64,000 bases of DNA from an uncultured bacterium (GTDB lineage: Bacteria; Oederibacteriota; PGYV01; CAWJRG01): assembly GCA_963845185.1 (NCBI GenBank), contig CAWJRG010000005.1, forward strand, positions 128,001 to 192,000, given 5' to 3'. Both the position numbers and the translations under genes were made by a program. The notes below the pieces were generated by a model. That model saw only the letters and a program-made list of their open reading frames with translations, did not search any database and was not told the origin of the DNA. Positions 1-9,951 of the stretch are shown piece by piece. The number at the start of each line of letters is the position of its first letter. Position 1 is the first letter of the stretch.

Positions 1-1951
1 TCACTTTTGGCGCTGACAAAAGATTCGCTTCGTTGTTTGTCTGTAATGCCTGTAAAGATGCCTGTATATTAAACCCGTTCATAATTGTTCCAAAAGTAAG
101 AGTTCCCGTTGGGTTTATTACCGGTGCGTTTACCAAACCCTGTATAAAAGGTTCAGTGCCTTGGGATGTAATATTAGCATTGCCTTGTGTTGTATTTTGA
201 GATGTAATATTACCAGCACTACCTCCTTGAGGCCCCCATGAAACCCCAAGCTGTTTTAGCGCGTCCAAATCTACTTCATAAATTTTTGACTCTATTGTAA
301 CCTGCGGCACTCTCACGTCAAGCTGTTCCACAACTTTTTGCACTTTTTTGAGAACTCTCACGTTATCTGTAACTATTAAACTTGAAGTTCTTCTGTCAAT
401 ATCCAGTTTCCCATCTGCACTTAATAAATCGGTAAGTGTCTGTTTGATTTCCTGCTCAAAGTCTGTTTCGTATGAATCCCCCATTACTTGTTGTAACCTT
501 ATATTCTTCAGTTTGAATATTTTTGTCTTTATTCCTCCCCCTTCATCGGTATTCCCTTCGCCACCTGCATCAATGCTTGCAATCATTTCCATTACTTTTG
601 AGACATCATCCGGCGTCCCGACAATCATTAATCTATCCTGTCCCGCGCCGGTATCTACTTTTGCCGTCGCATTAAGGAGAGGGTCATTAGTCATCCGCAC
701 ATTAAGCAAATTATAAAGGTCAGCCGCTTTCATGCTTCTGGAATAATAAAACTTTGTAATCTGTGGCATAAGCGCTTTTTCAGCCTTCAACTCGGCGACC
801 GTGCCTACTTTAACAATACCGTTCCTGACATCATAGTAAAAATTCAGCGGAACCAAAATATCACGCAACACTGTTATAACAGGCTGGTCTTCTTCTTTAA
901 TTGTCACGCCCGTTGCAACACCGGCCACACTTGGAGATGTAGAAAATTCAAAACCTGTTTGCGCCGCTATCAGCCTTAATACCGCAGGCAAAGAAGCATT
1001 TTGAACGTTTATTGAAATCTTTTGGTATAAATCCAGTTCCTTTTTAGCCTTTTTACCAGTAAGCATTGGGTGGTCGATATTTATAACTATCTGATTTTGG
1101 TCACGTGTCACTGTATACGGTGTGTTGGTATTTAAATTCAGGTTTATATCGGCTGTTTTATCATTCGGATTTTCTTTTAAAGAAACATTATTCACCGAAC
1201 CTTTATTTACGTTAATTTTATTTTCTTTCCATATGGAAACAGCTTCTATCACATTAAGCTTAATCAGATTATTAGCCGAATCCTTCATTACCCTGTACTT
1301 CACTGGTCCGTCGGTTGTTATTATAACCCTTGTTGTCTTATCCAGGTCTTTTGCGGCAATATCCACAATCCTGTATATTATCCTTCCTATTTTGTGCGTA
1401 GGTGCTGCAGGCTCAGCTTGCTTTACGCCTGCTCCTTTCATAATATCTATGATAATTTTATTGCCGTCGGTATTTACCTGCCATTTTTGTTTGGCGTTCA
1501 TATCTATGACAACCCACGCTGTCGCGTTGTGCGGCGCTGTCCTTATTTTTTCAATATTGCCTTTTTTAACTTCGATTGTACCTGCTTTAACATCACATCC
1601 CGGAAGCTGCAAAAGTATTCTTATATTAGGTGGCGGGGCAAGTTCCGATATATTATATTTTACTTTTTCGGAAGTGACGACAAGTACTTTAATCTTATCC
1701 TTTAATTCCGTCGCCAGTATTTTATCTATGGTTATCTTTCCTTTTTCAGCGGAAACCGTAGCGGCGGCAGGTGTGGGAGCGGGTTTTTCTGCCTTTTCTA
1801 CCGTACCGTTTTCAAGTGTTTTTTCATTATTTTGTTTTTCAACAGGAGCAACACTGATAAAATCTTCATCCTGGGAATATAAAAACGGAATAAGAAAAAA
1901 CCCTGCGAATATTGTCAAAAGCGCAACAGTTTTTCTTTTAGGTATTTTCAT
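1..1951 (-). CDS. pilQ: Type IV pilus secretin PilQ, partial (runs off the window)
   Basis: Not in the ORF track; translated by hand from ATG at 1951 (GGAGG RBS, ATGA overlap with the pilP stop). Signal peptide, AMIN-like N-terminus, N0 domain (ISINVQNASLPAVLRLIA) and secretin motifs (LIVTDN..LDVRVPQVTIESKI, ANLLSAPKV). Last gene of pilMNOP. Confidence 0.93.
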   Translation of the reverse strand, partial: MKIPKRKTVALLTIFAGFFLIPFLYSQDEDFISVAPVEKQNNEKTLENGTVEKAEKPAPTPAAATVSAEKGKITIDKILATELKDKIKVLVVTSEKVKYNISELAPPPNIRILLQLPGCDVKAGTIEVKKGNIEKIRTAPHNATAWVVIDMNAKQKWQVNTDGNKIIIDIMKGAGVKQAEPAAPTHKIGRIIYRIVDIAAKDLDKTTRVIITTDGPVKYRVMKDSANNLIKLNVIEAVSIWKENKINVNKGSVNNVSLKENPNDKTADINLNLNTNTPYTVTRDQNQIVINIDHPMLTGKKAKKELDLYQKISINVQNASLPAVLRLIAAQTGFEFSTSPSVAGVATGVTIKEEDQPVITVLRDILVPLNFYYDVRNGIVKVGTVAELKAEKALMPQITKFYYSRSMKAADLYNLLNVRMTNDPLLNATAKVDTGAGQDRLMIVGTPDDVSKVMEMIASIDAGGEGNTDEGGGIKTKIFKLKNIRLQQVMGDSYETDFEQEIKQTLTDLLSADGKLDIDRRTSSLIVTDNVRVLKKVQKVVEQLDVRVPQVTIESKIYEVDLDALKQLGVSWGPQGGSAGNITSQNTTQGNANITSQGTEPFIQGLVNAPVINPTGTLTFGTIMNGFNIQASLQALQTNNEANLLSAPKV

Positions 1952-2427
1952 TTTGCCTCCTGCTCTTGTTCCTTGTCCGTGTCTTGTAATTTAAACAGTA
2001 TCTCTTTGTCCCCCTGAATCAGTAACACTTCCTTGTCGCTTTTAATATCGCCTTTGACATCGGGGACAATATTGTTATTTTCCTCATAAAATTCGCCGTC
2101 TTTTAAAATGTATCCAAAACTATTTCCGCTTTTATTACCAAACAATGCACTCCTTCTGCCTTCGCTTTCCATTATACCATAAAGCTTAAGGGCTGATATA
2201 TCAAGGATCTTCAGCTGCGGGAAAACCTGCTGGTTTGCCCTTGATATAAAAGGATCTCTATTTCCCTTGTTTTCAAATACATAAAGCGGTTTTATAACAA
2301 TATCATTTTCATTTGTCGATACAGGTACATTACCAGTATCCGATGCCATAATTTGGCACGTAAAAAAAAGTATTGCTACGGTAACTATTTTTTCTATTAT
2401 ATATCTTTTAAAGCTTTTTTTCAACAT
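1948..2427 (-). CDS. pilP: PilP-like pilus assembly protein
   Basis: RDPF motif and LKLYGIM; lies between pilO and pilQ. No clear lipobox. Confidence 0.75.
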   Translation of the reverse strand: MLKKSFKRYIIEKIVTVAILFFTCQIMASDTGNVPVSTNENDIVIKPLYVFENKGNRDPFISRANQQVFPQLKILDISALKLYGIMESEGRRSALFGNKSGNSFGYILKDGEFYEENNNIVPDVKGDIKSDKEVLLIQGDKEILFKLQDTDKEQEQEAK

Positions 2428-2437
2428 AAAAAACCCT

Positions 2438-3010
2438 CTAATCCTTGGATGAATATATCATTATTGCCATTAATACCCTTATCTGGCCTGCTCCACCAGC
2501 CGAACTGCCTTCGATAGAGATATTCGTAGGAACGGTCATCCTCTCTATATATCCTAACCCTGTTAAAAAATTGCCGAGATCGATGTAATTTGTTAAAAAA
2601 GAAACGCTTATCGAATATTCCTTATAATCACCTTTGTCCTTTTCTGATCCGGTTGGCACAAAATCTATCATTTTGATATTATTTTCAGCCCCGACTTTTG
2701 TTATCTCGGTTATTGTATCTCCTATGCTTATAGTTTTTGGCAGCCGTTTGTTAATAAAATCAAATTTTTTATTTATATCGGCGGCTTTTTGTAGAAATTC
2801 AGGATACTTCATAACCATTTCTTTTGCATCCTTTAATTCTTTTTGTTTTTGTTCAAGAATCGCGGCTTTCTCTTTTGCCTGTTTCAGAAGCGGGCTGTAA
2901 ATATAATTCCAGTAAGCATAACCTACGGCAATAGTAATCAAACCGGCAACAATAAGTGTTTGCTGCTGCTTGGGCGTAAGTTTTAAATTTAATTTAAAAT
3001 TCATTGCCAT
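2438..3010 (-). CDS. pilO: Type IV pilus assembly protein PilO
   Basis: N-terminal TM helix, coiled coil, RLP motif, Y..LGNFL..L...ER; synteny. Confidence 0.9.
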   Translation of the reverse strand: MAMNFKLNLKLTPKQQQTLIVAGLITIAVGYAYWNYIYSPLLKQAKEKAAILEQKQKELKDAKEMVMKYPEFLQKAADINKKFDFINKRLPKTISIGDTITEITKVGAENNIKMIDFVPTGSEKDKGDYKEYSISVSFLTNYIDLGNFLTGLGYIERMTVPTNISIEGSSAGGAGQIRVLMAIMIYSSKD

Positions 3011-3025
3011 TAAATAAAATCTCCC

Positions 3026-3580
3026 TTAATTTGTCTTATAAAACACGCTTACCTCAAAAGCTAATCCTGTGCTCTGATTGTTTGTGTCTCTCATCGATCC
3101 AGTAGTAACTTCCGTCAGGTATTGGCTCTGTTCCAGTTTTTTGATGAATTCACCGATAATTACCTCGGATAAGGCATTCCCCACCATGCTTATTGTAAAT
3201 CCATTTTCTTTTTCCCTTACATACCTTATGGCGGTAAGCCACATATCCGGCAATACCAGCATGCTTATCCTGTCAAGTAATTCCGGCCATATTGCCTGTT
3301 TTATTAAAAGTCTGTCAATTATTGATTTCTTTTTATTATAACTTTCCTCAAGGGCATTAAATTTTTTTACTTCTTCTATTTTATCCTTTAATGAGTCGGA
3401 CTCGGCCTGAACTTTTGCTATTTCCGCATCTATCCTTGTGATTTTTTGCTGCTCATTAAAAACAAGCAGGATAAGCACGGCTGCAATCAATATCGCAACC
3501 CCTATCATATATGTATATGCCATTTTAACAGTCTTTTCTTTCTTTACTTTGTCAGGAAGTAGATTTATTTCCAGTGCCAT
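3026..3580 (-). CDS. pilN: Type IV pilus assembly protein PilN
   Basis: EINLLP motif, TM helix, coiled coil, LPDMWLT. Confidence 0.92.
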   Translation of the reverse strand: MALEINLLPDKVKKEKTVKMAYTYMIGVAILIAAVLILLVFNEQQKITRIDAEIAKVQAESDSLKDKIEEVKKFNALEESYNKKKSIIDRLLIKQAIWPELLDRISMLVLPDMWLTAIRYVREKENGFTISMVGNALSEVIIGEFIKKLEQSQYLTEVTTGSMRDTNNQSTGLAFEVSVFYKTN

Positions 3581-4707
3581 TATTTTTCACCTTTTCTTAA
3601 CGCCAGTCCTAATGCCACGTTGAAATGCACTGCGTTTGCCCTTAAATAATCAAGATCAAAGCTTTTTGCGTTTATATTAATATTTTTAAAAGGATAGTTT
3701 ATCTCAACAGGGATTCCAAGCCTTTCGGATAAAAATCTGTCTATATTTTTTATTTTTGAGCTCCCCCCTGAAAGCAGTATCTTTTGAACCGGTTTTCTTT
3801 TTACGGTGCTTTCATAATAATCAAATGACCTTTTAATATCATTTAATAGTTTGTTTAAAACTGGCGTAATAGCCTCAAAAATCCTGGACGATTTGTCATC
3901 CGCCGCCGAATGCATTGTTGTAAGCAGCATTTCCTCGCTTTCCACCATTATTACGGCATTCTGTCTTTTCAATTCCTCAGACTGTGCGAAACTTAAATTA
4001 AACTCCCTTTGAATTTCTTTTGTAAAATTATTACCGCCTATATTTACATCCCTTGTCAAATGTGGTATTCCTTTTTCAACAATAGTTATCGTTGTGAGTT
4101 TAGCTCCCATGTTTATGAGGGCTACGGTTTCGGTTTTAGCCCCACCCTCGGTTTCACTGTCTGTGTTTAAAACATATGCGTTGCATAAAGCAAATGAGTC
4201 AACATCAATGACGACCGGCGAAACCCCGGCATCTTTAAATATTCCTAATTGCTGGTTCATTGTCTCATTTTTTACCGCCACCAACAGGACCTCCATTTTC
4301 TTCTGGTTTTCCTCTTCGATTTCCTCAAGTACCTGATAATCAAAAACAACCTGGTCCATGCTCAGTGGTATATACTGCTCGGCATCATATGGTATCATCT
4401 TCTTTAATTCATCATCGGTCATGTAAGGGACTTTAATGTATCTGATAATAGCCGAATCCCCCGGTATGGAAGTTATTATTTTTGAAGCCCCTATGCTTTT
4501 TTGTTTCAGGATTTTTTTTATGGAATTTACATAAAGAGAATGCCTGGCCTCGGGTTCTATTTCGTCTACAGAATCTGCTGCAATACTGATAATTTCGGCG
4601 CCTATAAGCTCATAGCCATCTTTAAGTTTTTTTAATTTTATGGCTTTAATCGTGGAACTGCCTACATCCAATCCTACTATTCCTTTTGAAAAAAGTTCAA
4701 GCGCCAT
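3580..4707 (-). CDS. pilM: Type IV pilus assembly protein PilM
   Basis: VGLDVGSSTIK, EQYIP, LSGGSS, ALGLALR; FtsA/actin-like fold motifs. Confidence 0.95.
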   Translation of the reverse strand: MALELFSKGIVGLDVGSSTIKAIKLKKLKDGYELIGAEIISIAADSVDEIEPEARHSLYVNSIKKILKQKSIGASKIITSIPGDSAIIRYIKVPYMTDDELKKMIPYDAEQYIPLSMDQVVFDYQVLEEIEEENQKKMEVLLVAVKNETMNQQLGIFKDAGVSPVVIDVDSFALCNAYVLNTDSETEGGAKTETVALINMGAKLTTITIVEKGIPHLTRDVNIGGNNFTKEIQREFNLSFAQSEELKRQNAVIMVESEEMLLTTMHSAADDKSSRIFEAITPVLNKLLNDIKRSFDYYESTVKRKPVQKILLSGGSSKIKNIDRFLSERLGIPVEINYPFKNININAKSFDLDYLRANAVHFNVALGLALRKGEK

Positions 4708-4720
4708 GGCATCTCCCCGT

Positions 4721-5446
4721 TTAAGTTAATAATCCCTTTATCAGAACTGTAATAAAAATAAAAGGTACAAAAGCAATTTCATTTTTTCTCTTGTATATTT
4801 TAAAAACGCGTAAAATTACGGAAATAAACCCGCCCAAAATACAGGAATAAAATATTATTGCCACAATATCCTTCGGTCCCATACACAAGCCCAGCGCCAT
4901 TAGCAGTTTTACATCTCCTTCGCCAAAATTTTCATTACTAAAAAAATTCATAAAATATGATAAAAGCCCTGCTGTAATAGCTCCTACAATTCCATCAAAA
5001 ATAGTTACAAATCCCTTTATTTCTATAATATTAAAGAACACACCTGTCATAAGCAAAAAAACAATTATTTCATCCGGAACTATTTTTTTACTTAAGTCAA
5101 TAGCTGTTAAAATTATTAAATATCCTGTTATTATTATATAAAAAAAATAGATTTTTTCAAGTCCAAATTTAAGGAAAAAAATAATAAATAAAATTCCAGT
5201 AATAGCCTCAATAATCGGGTAAAAAATCGGGATTTTCTTGTGGCAATGCCTGCATTTTCCGCCTAAAAAAAAATAACTTAATATTGGTACATTATCATGC
5301 CATTTTATTGGTTTTTTACATTTTGGGCAATAGGAGGCAGGTAAAAAAATAGACTTATTCTTTGGTATACGAAAAATGCATACATTTAAAAAACTTCCAA
5401 TTATTAAACCATATATTAGAATAATTATTAACTCAATTATAAAGAT
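4721..5446 (-). CDS. pilD: Prepilin peptidase/N-methyltransferase PilD (probable ATC start)
   Basis: The frame is open from 5446, well upstream of the track's start at 5056. It encodes GSFLNVCIFRIP, SYCPKC, GKCRHC, AID..IVPD and GEGDVKL. An AGGAGGT RBS lies 5 nt before ATC, and there is an in-frame TAG just upstream. Confidence 0.9.
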   Translation of the reverse strand: MFIIELIIILIYGLIIGSFLNVCIFRIPKNKSIFLPASYCPKCKKPIKWHDNVPILSYFFLGGKCRHCHKKIPIFYPIIEAITGILFIIFFLKFGLEKIYFFYIIITGYLIILTAIDLSKKIVPDEIIVFLLMTGVFFNIIEIKGFVTIFDGIVGAITAGLLSYFMNFFSNENFGEGDVKLLMALGLCMGPKDIVAIIFYSCILGGFISVILRVFKIYKRKNEIAFVPFIFITVLIKGLLT

Positions 5447-5508
5447 TTTCTACCTCCTTGATATTATTTAATCCTCAATAGGTATTTTATCGATTTTTCA
5501 AAAAATTA

Positions 5509-5979
5509 TTAATACCCATACAATGTATAAGGATTTCCACCTGAATCTGTTTGCGCGTTATTTACAAACACATCGCCGGTTTGCTGATTATACATCCAGC
5601 CGTCGCCGGTGGTTGTGGTTGGCCCCTCGGTGCTGGCCGCCACAGCTTCAGTCGCAACTGTATTTACCGTTCCTGCAAGTGCATATCCGCTCAAAAATAT
5701 GCTAACGGGATGTGTAACCTTTACAGCCGGTAACACTGTCATGTAATTCTGGAAAAGTACATCAGTTAGGCAAGTCGGCCAATTGCCTTGCTGATTTCCA
5801 TAATAAATGGAAATTGCCGATCTTATTGAGCCAATATTGCCTTTCGTGGCTCCTTCCCTTGCCTTTTCCATCATCTGGTTGAATTTTGTCATGACAACAG
5901 CCGCAAGTATGCCAATGATAGCAACAACAATCATCAGCTCTATCAGGGTAAATCCTCTTTTTGCTTTAAAAATTTTCAT
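5509..5979 (-). CDS. Type IV pilin, second copy
   Basis: G|FTLIELMIVVAIIGILAAV cleavage/methylation motif; close paralogue of 6167-6640. ATG at 5979 chosen by alignment with the paralogue. Confidence 0.88.
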   Translation of the reverse strand: MKIFKAKRGFTLIELMIVVAIIGILAAVVMTKFNQMMEKAREGATKGNIGSIRSAISIYYGNQQGNWPTCLTDVLFQNYMTVLPAVKVTHPVSIFLSGYALAGTVNTVATEAVAASTEGPTTTTGDGWMYNQQTGDVFVNNAQTDSGGNPYTLYGY

Positions 5980-6119
5980 ATACCCCAAATTTTTACCAAG
6001 TCTCAATTTCATATTATCACTTAAGCTTTATTGCAATTCGGTTAATTAATCCTTAAAACTAAAACATATTATTCTTTTAAGGCTGAATTTTTTAATTTTC
6101 TGAAATTTGTGCATCGGCA

Positions 6120-6166
6120 TTTTAAACAGCCTTCGGGGAATTTCCCCGAAGGCTGTTTAAAAAAAA
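6120..6166 (-). terminator. Strong intrinsic terminator-like hairpin after the first pilin
   Basis: Long perfect inverted repeat TTTAAACAGCCTTCGGGGAA / TTCCCCGAAGGCTGTTTAAA immediately after the stop codon. Confidence 0.75.
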
Positions 6167-6640
6167 TCATTGATAACCATACTGCGTATAATAGAATCCG
6201 CCTGAATCTGTTTGCGCGTTGTTTACAAATACATTGCCTGTGTTCAGATTATACTTCCAACCGTCACCAGTGAGTGTGGTTGGCCCCTCGGTGGTGGCTG
6301 CCACAGCTTCAGTAGCAACTGTATTACACGTCCCTGAAAGCGTATTCTGACTCGAAAACATGTTTAAAGGATGTGTAACCTTTACAGCCGGTAACGTTGT
6401 CATGTAATTCTGGAAAAGTACATCAGTTAGACAAGTCGGCCAATTGCCCTGCTGATCGCCATAATATATGGAAATTGCTGACTTTATTGAGCCAATGTTG
6501 CCTTTTGTGGCTCCTTCCCTTGCCTTTTCCATCATCTGCGCGAATTTTGGTATTGCCACTGCCGCTAGTATGCCGATGATAGCAACAACAATCATCAGCT
6601 CTATTAGTGTAAATCCTCTTTTTGCTTTAAAAATTTTCAT
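6167..6640 (-). CDS. pilA: Major type IV pilin
   Basis: KRG|FTLIELMIVVAIIGILAAVAIPKF; AGGAGGT RBS; own consensus promoter and terminator. Confidence 0.9.
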   Translation of the reverse strand: MKIFKAKRGFTLIELMIVVAIIGILAAVAIPKFAQMMEKAREGATKGNIGSIKSAISIYYGDQQGNWPTCLTDVLFQNYMTTLPAVKVTHPLNMFSSQNTLSGTCNTVATEAVAATTEGPTTLTGDGWKYNLNTGNVFVNNAQTDSGGFYYTQYGYQ

Positions 6641-6685
6641 ACTCTCACCTCCTTTCATACTTTTTTAATTTCATTTTCTAATAAC

Positions 6686-6714
6686 ATTATATACTATTTT
6701 AGTATTTTTGTCAA
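6686..6714 (-). promoter_or_regulatory. Sigma70 promoter of pilA
   Basis: Exact TTGACA-N17-TATAAT on the minus strand. Confidence 0.85.
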
Positions 6715-6740
6715 GTATTTTTGTATTTTTTCTGCCAACT

Positions 6741-7943
6741 TCAGCTAACCAATGTACCAAGCATAAACATTGGTAAATACATTCCTATAACAACTGCCCC
6801 TATAACAACTCCAAGCACTGACATTATCAATGGCTCCATCATTGCCATAATTGCATCTACTGCTACATCAACTTCAGCATCATAAAAATCAGACATTTTC
6901 AAAAGCATGTCATCAAGTTTGCCTGTTTCTTCTCCCACTGAAACCATCTGTATGACCATTGTAGGAAACAGCTTTGTACTTTTTAACGGTTCCGTTAGAT
7001 TCTGCCCCTCTCTCACCGCACTGCGTGTATCAAGAAGAGCTTTTTCAATAACCCTGTTGCCCGATGAAAGCGCAACTGTCTCAAGCGCGTCAAGTATCTG
7101 CACGCCGCTTTTAAGCAAGGTTCCCAAAGTCCTTGCAAACCTGGCTACGGTCTGTTTTTTAATTAAGGTCCCGAAGATTGGCAACATCAACATATATTTA
7201 TCAATTACAAAACCGCCTCTCTTTGTCCTTTTTGTTATGTTAAATAAAAAAATAACGCCGACTATGGCAACAACTTGAAAAAGAACGTATTTCTGTTCAA
7301 ATTCACTTGTATCAACAAGAAACTGTGTCAAAGCCGGTAACTTATGGCCGAAACCTTCAAATACAGTTTTAAACGTCGGTATGACTTTCACCATCAGCAA
7401 TATGACAATTGACAGGGCGATTACGATAATAGTAATAGGATATGTCATGGCTCCTTTGACTTTGTTTTTCAAAGCTTCTGCTTTTTCCAGGTAAGTGGAA
7501 AGCCTGTCAAGTATCTGGTCCAGTGCCCCGGACAGTTCGCCTGCTTTTATCATATTGCAGTAAAGCGGACTGAAAACCGATGGAAATTTTGACATGGAAT
7601 CCGAAAGATTTGCCCCGCTTCCTATATCATCCCTGACTTTTATAAGGACTTTTTTGAATACTTTGTTTTCTATTTGTTCGACAAGAATATTAAGCGCCTG
7701 CAATACAGGAAGTCCCGCCGCGATCATTGTCGAGAATTGCCTAGAAAATATAGAAACTTCGGAGGTTTTAACCTGCGGGCCGGTTTGAAATATGTATTTA
7801 AAACCGCCCTGCTTTGTTGACGAAACCAAAGAAAGCTTCTGCGATTTTAATTTACTCGCAAGACCTTCCTCATTGTCGGCATCAATTGTCCCGTCTATCA
7901 CTCTTCCGTCAGGAGTCCTGGCTTTATAAGAAAACGTCGCCAT
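6741..7943 (-). CDS. pilC: Type IV pilus platform protein PilC (T2SS F family)
   Basis: FSRQFSTMIAAGLP, AGELSGALD, VGEETGKLD, MYLPMF. Confidence 0.96.
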   Translation of the reverse strand: MATFSYKARTPDGRVIDGTIDADNEEGLASKLKSQKLSLVSSTKQGGFKYIFQTGPQVKTSEVSIFSRQFSTMIAAGLPVLQALNILVEQIENKVFKKVLIKVRDDIGSGANLSDSMSKFPSVFSPLYCNMIKAGELSGALDQILDRLSTYLEKAEALKNKVKGAMTYPITIIVIALSIVILLMVKVIPTFKTVFEGFGHKLPALTQFLVDTSEFEQKYVLFQVVAIVGVIFLFNITKRTKRGGFVIDKYMLMLPIFGTLIKKQTVARFARTLGTLLKSGVQILDALETVALSSGNRVIEKALLDTRSAVREGQNLTEPLKSTKLFPTMVIQMVSVGEETGKLDDMLLKMSDFYDAEVDVAVDAIMAMMEPLIMSVLGVVIGAVVIGMYLPMFMLGTLVS

Positions 7944-8012
7944 TTTTGATTTCTCCGCAATTATATTTGATGCTACATTCTGTCTTTCTAATTAACATTA
8001 ATCAACTAAAAT

Positions 8013-9083
8013 TTAACCCGAACCTGATGTCTGCAATATTCTTTGCAAATCTTTGGGGTCGGTTGTTCTTGAAAATATTTCATTGTATGTTACAAGTTGT
8101 TTTTGATAAAGATCGGCCAGCGACTGATTCATTGTTTTCATGCCGATATCAGTGCCGGTCTGCATTATCGAATATATCTGATGGACTTTTTCTTCCCTTA
8201 TTAAATTCCTTACAGCTGAGTTCGACATCAATACCTCCACGGCTATGACTCTGCCTGCAGAATATGCTTTTGGCAGCAATTGCTGGGCAAGGACAGACTG
8301 CAGTACAAATGATATCTGCGCCCTTGTCTGCTGTTGCTGATGTGCCGGAAAAACGTCTATTATCCTGTTTATTGCCTGCACCGCATCCGGCGTATGCAGT
8401 GTGGCAAAAACAAGGTGCCCCGTTTCCGCTATTGTCAATGCGGCAGAAATTGTTTCCAGGTCCCTCATTTCACCCACAAGTATTACGTCCGGGTCTTCCC
8501 TTAATACATATTTTAAAGCTTCAGCAAAAGTTTTTGTATCGGTTCCGACCTCCCTCTGGTTCACGATGCAATTTTTATGCGAATGGATGTATTCAATAGG
8601 GTCTTCTATGGTTATTATATGCCCTGAAGTATGCGAATTAATCCAGTCAATCATTGCGGCGAGCGTTGTTGATTTTCCTGAGCCGGTAGGACCGGTTACA
8701 AGTATAAGCCCTTTGGGAATTTTTACTATGTCATTGACTACCTGCGGTAATCCCAGCTCGTCAAAACTTAAAATATGCATGGGTATGTTGCGCAAAGCGG
8801 CTGCCACTGCGCCTCTCTGTTTGAACACATTCATCCTGACTCTTCCTATGCCTTCCACTCCAAATGAAATATCAAGCTCATTTTCTCTTTCAAATTTTTC
8901 TTTTTGCTCGTCGGTAAGAATACTGTAAATTATTTGCTGGCACTCATCCGGCCTTAGTTTTTCGAATTCTGTAGGTGCTATTTCTCCGTCTATTCTGAGC
9001 ATCGGTGGTGCACCCACGGTCAGATGCAAATCTGAGGCGCCTTTTTCAAACATTATGCGTAATAATGTATCTATATTAACCAT
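8013..9083 (-). CDS. pilT: Retraction ATPase PilT
   Basis: GPTGSGKST, TIEDPIE, LREDPDVILVGEMRD, AETGHLVFATLHT, AVRNLIRE. Confidence 0.97.
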   Translation of the reverse strand: MVNIDTLLRIMFEKGASDLHLTVGAPPMLRIDGEIAPTEFEKLRPDECQQIIYSILTDEQKEKFERENELDISFGVEGIGRVRMNVFKQRGAVAAALRNIPMHILSFDELGLPQVVNDIVKIPKGLILVTGPTGSGKSTTLAAMIDWINSHTSGHIITIEDPIEYIHSHKNCIVNQREVGTDTKTFAEALKYVLREDPDVILVGEMRDLETISAALTIAETGHLVFATLHTPDAVQAINRIIDVFPAHQQQQTRAQISFVLQSVLAQQLLPKAYSAGRVIAVEVLMSNSAVRNLIREEKVHQIYSIMQTGTDIGMKTMNQSLADLYQKQLVTYNEIFSRTTDPKDLQRILQTSGSG

Positions 9084-9133
9084 AACAACCTCCTGTTTAT
9101 TCTTAAAACAGCAATATAATCTAATCTTTTATA

Positions 9134-9162
9134 ATTATATTCAATATTTTTAGTATTGTCAA
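9134..9162 (-). promoter_or_regulatory. Sigma70 promoter of pilT-pilC
   Basis: Exact TTGACA-N17-TATAAT. Confidence 0.8.
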
Positions 9163-9419
9163 TCCGTTTTCTTACAAAAAATTGACAAAACAATCATAAC
9201 TATTTCTGCATATATTCCGCAGAATAAAAAATATAATTGTCGGCTGGACATTTGACACTTAAAAACATTTAATACACATATGTAATAATGTGCTTAACGA
9301 ACTATCCAATAACTGCTAAATCTAATGCTTTCCAATTATATTTTAAACCCTTATATTTATATTTCTTGAGCCCTACATAACCTGTATCAGCTGCCGCGGC
9401 GGCTGCCGGATAAAAAAAA

Positions 9420-9776
9420 TTATGTTTCGTTATTAATTATATTTTCGATGATTTTTTTGTCTGCATCCTGCAAGGCAAGAAATTCAAGCCCAAATTGAGT
9501 CGCGCCTTTTTCTCTTATTACCCACTTTACTTCGGCAAATGCCACAACAGGCATGGTTTTCTCAGGTATGGTAAATTCCACCCTTACTACATCGCCTACG
9601 TCTCCGTCGAGTGTGCCTTCCAGCTTTATTCCGCCGATGCTTATATCATGGCTGCTGCCTTCTTTTCTTATGGCTTCGATGTTATTCTCTTTGGGCATTA
9701 TTTTATACCTGACATTGAAATTTTTTTGGACTCTTTTGTATCTTCTTTTTTCTATAAACATTTTGCCTTCAGCCAT
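9420..9776 (-). CDS. PilZ-domain protein (c-di-GMP receptor-like)
   Basis: EKRRYKR (RxxxR) and DISIGG (DxSxxG) motifs; FGLEF. Confidence 0.9.
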   Translation of the reverse strand: MAEGKMFIEKRRYKRVQKNFNVRYKIMPKENNIEAIRKEGSSHDISIGGIKLEGTLDGDVGDVVRVEFTIPEKTMPVVAFAEVKWVIREKGATQFGLEFLALQDADKKIIENIINNET

Positions 9777-9951
9777 TTAGTCCTCCTGTTTTAATTGCAG
9801 ATTTCACGCTAAACTTGCTTTCGCAAAATATTGCTACTAACAAACTGCTTAAAGCTTATAAATTATCTGTGTTTTAACAATTATAGCACATTGCAGTGCT
9901 CGCGCAATAGTATTTTCCCTGATAATCAAGTCTTAAAACCATAAAAACTGC

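Noticed and set aside
348..1994. Plus-strand ORFs over the pilQ region, and similar antisense ORFs elsewhere
   Set aside because: Antisense shadows of well-supported minus-strand genes, with no recognisable motifs.
9790..9850. Possible c-di-GMP riboswitch before the PilZ gene
   Set aside because: Only a TTGC-GAAA-GCAA hairpin is present; the GGCAAA and GACGCAAA consensus and second stem are missing.
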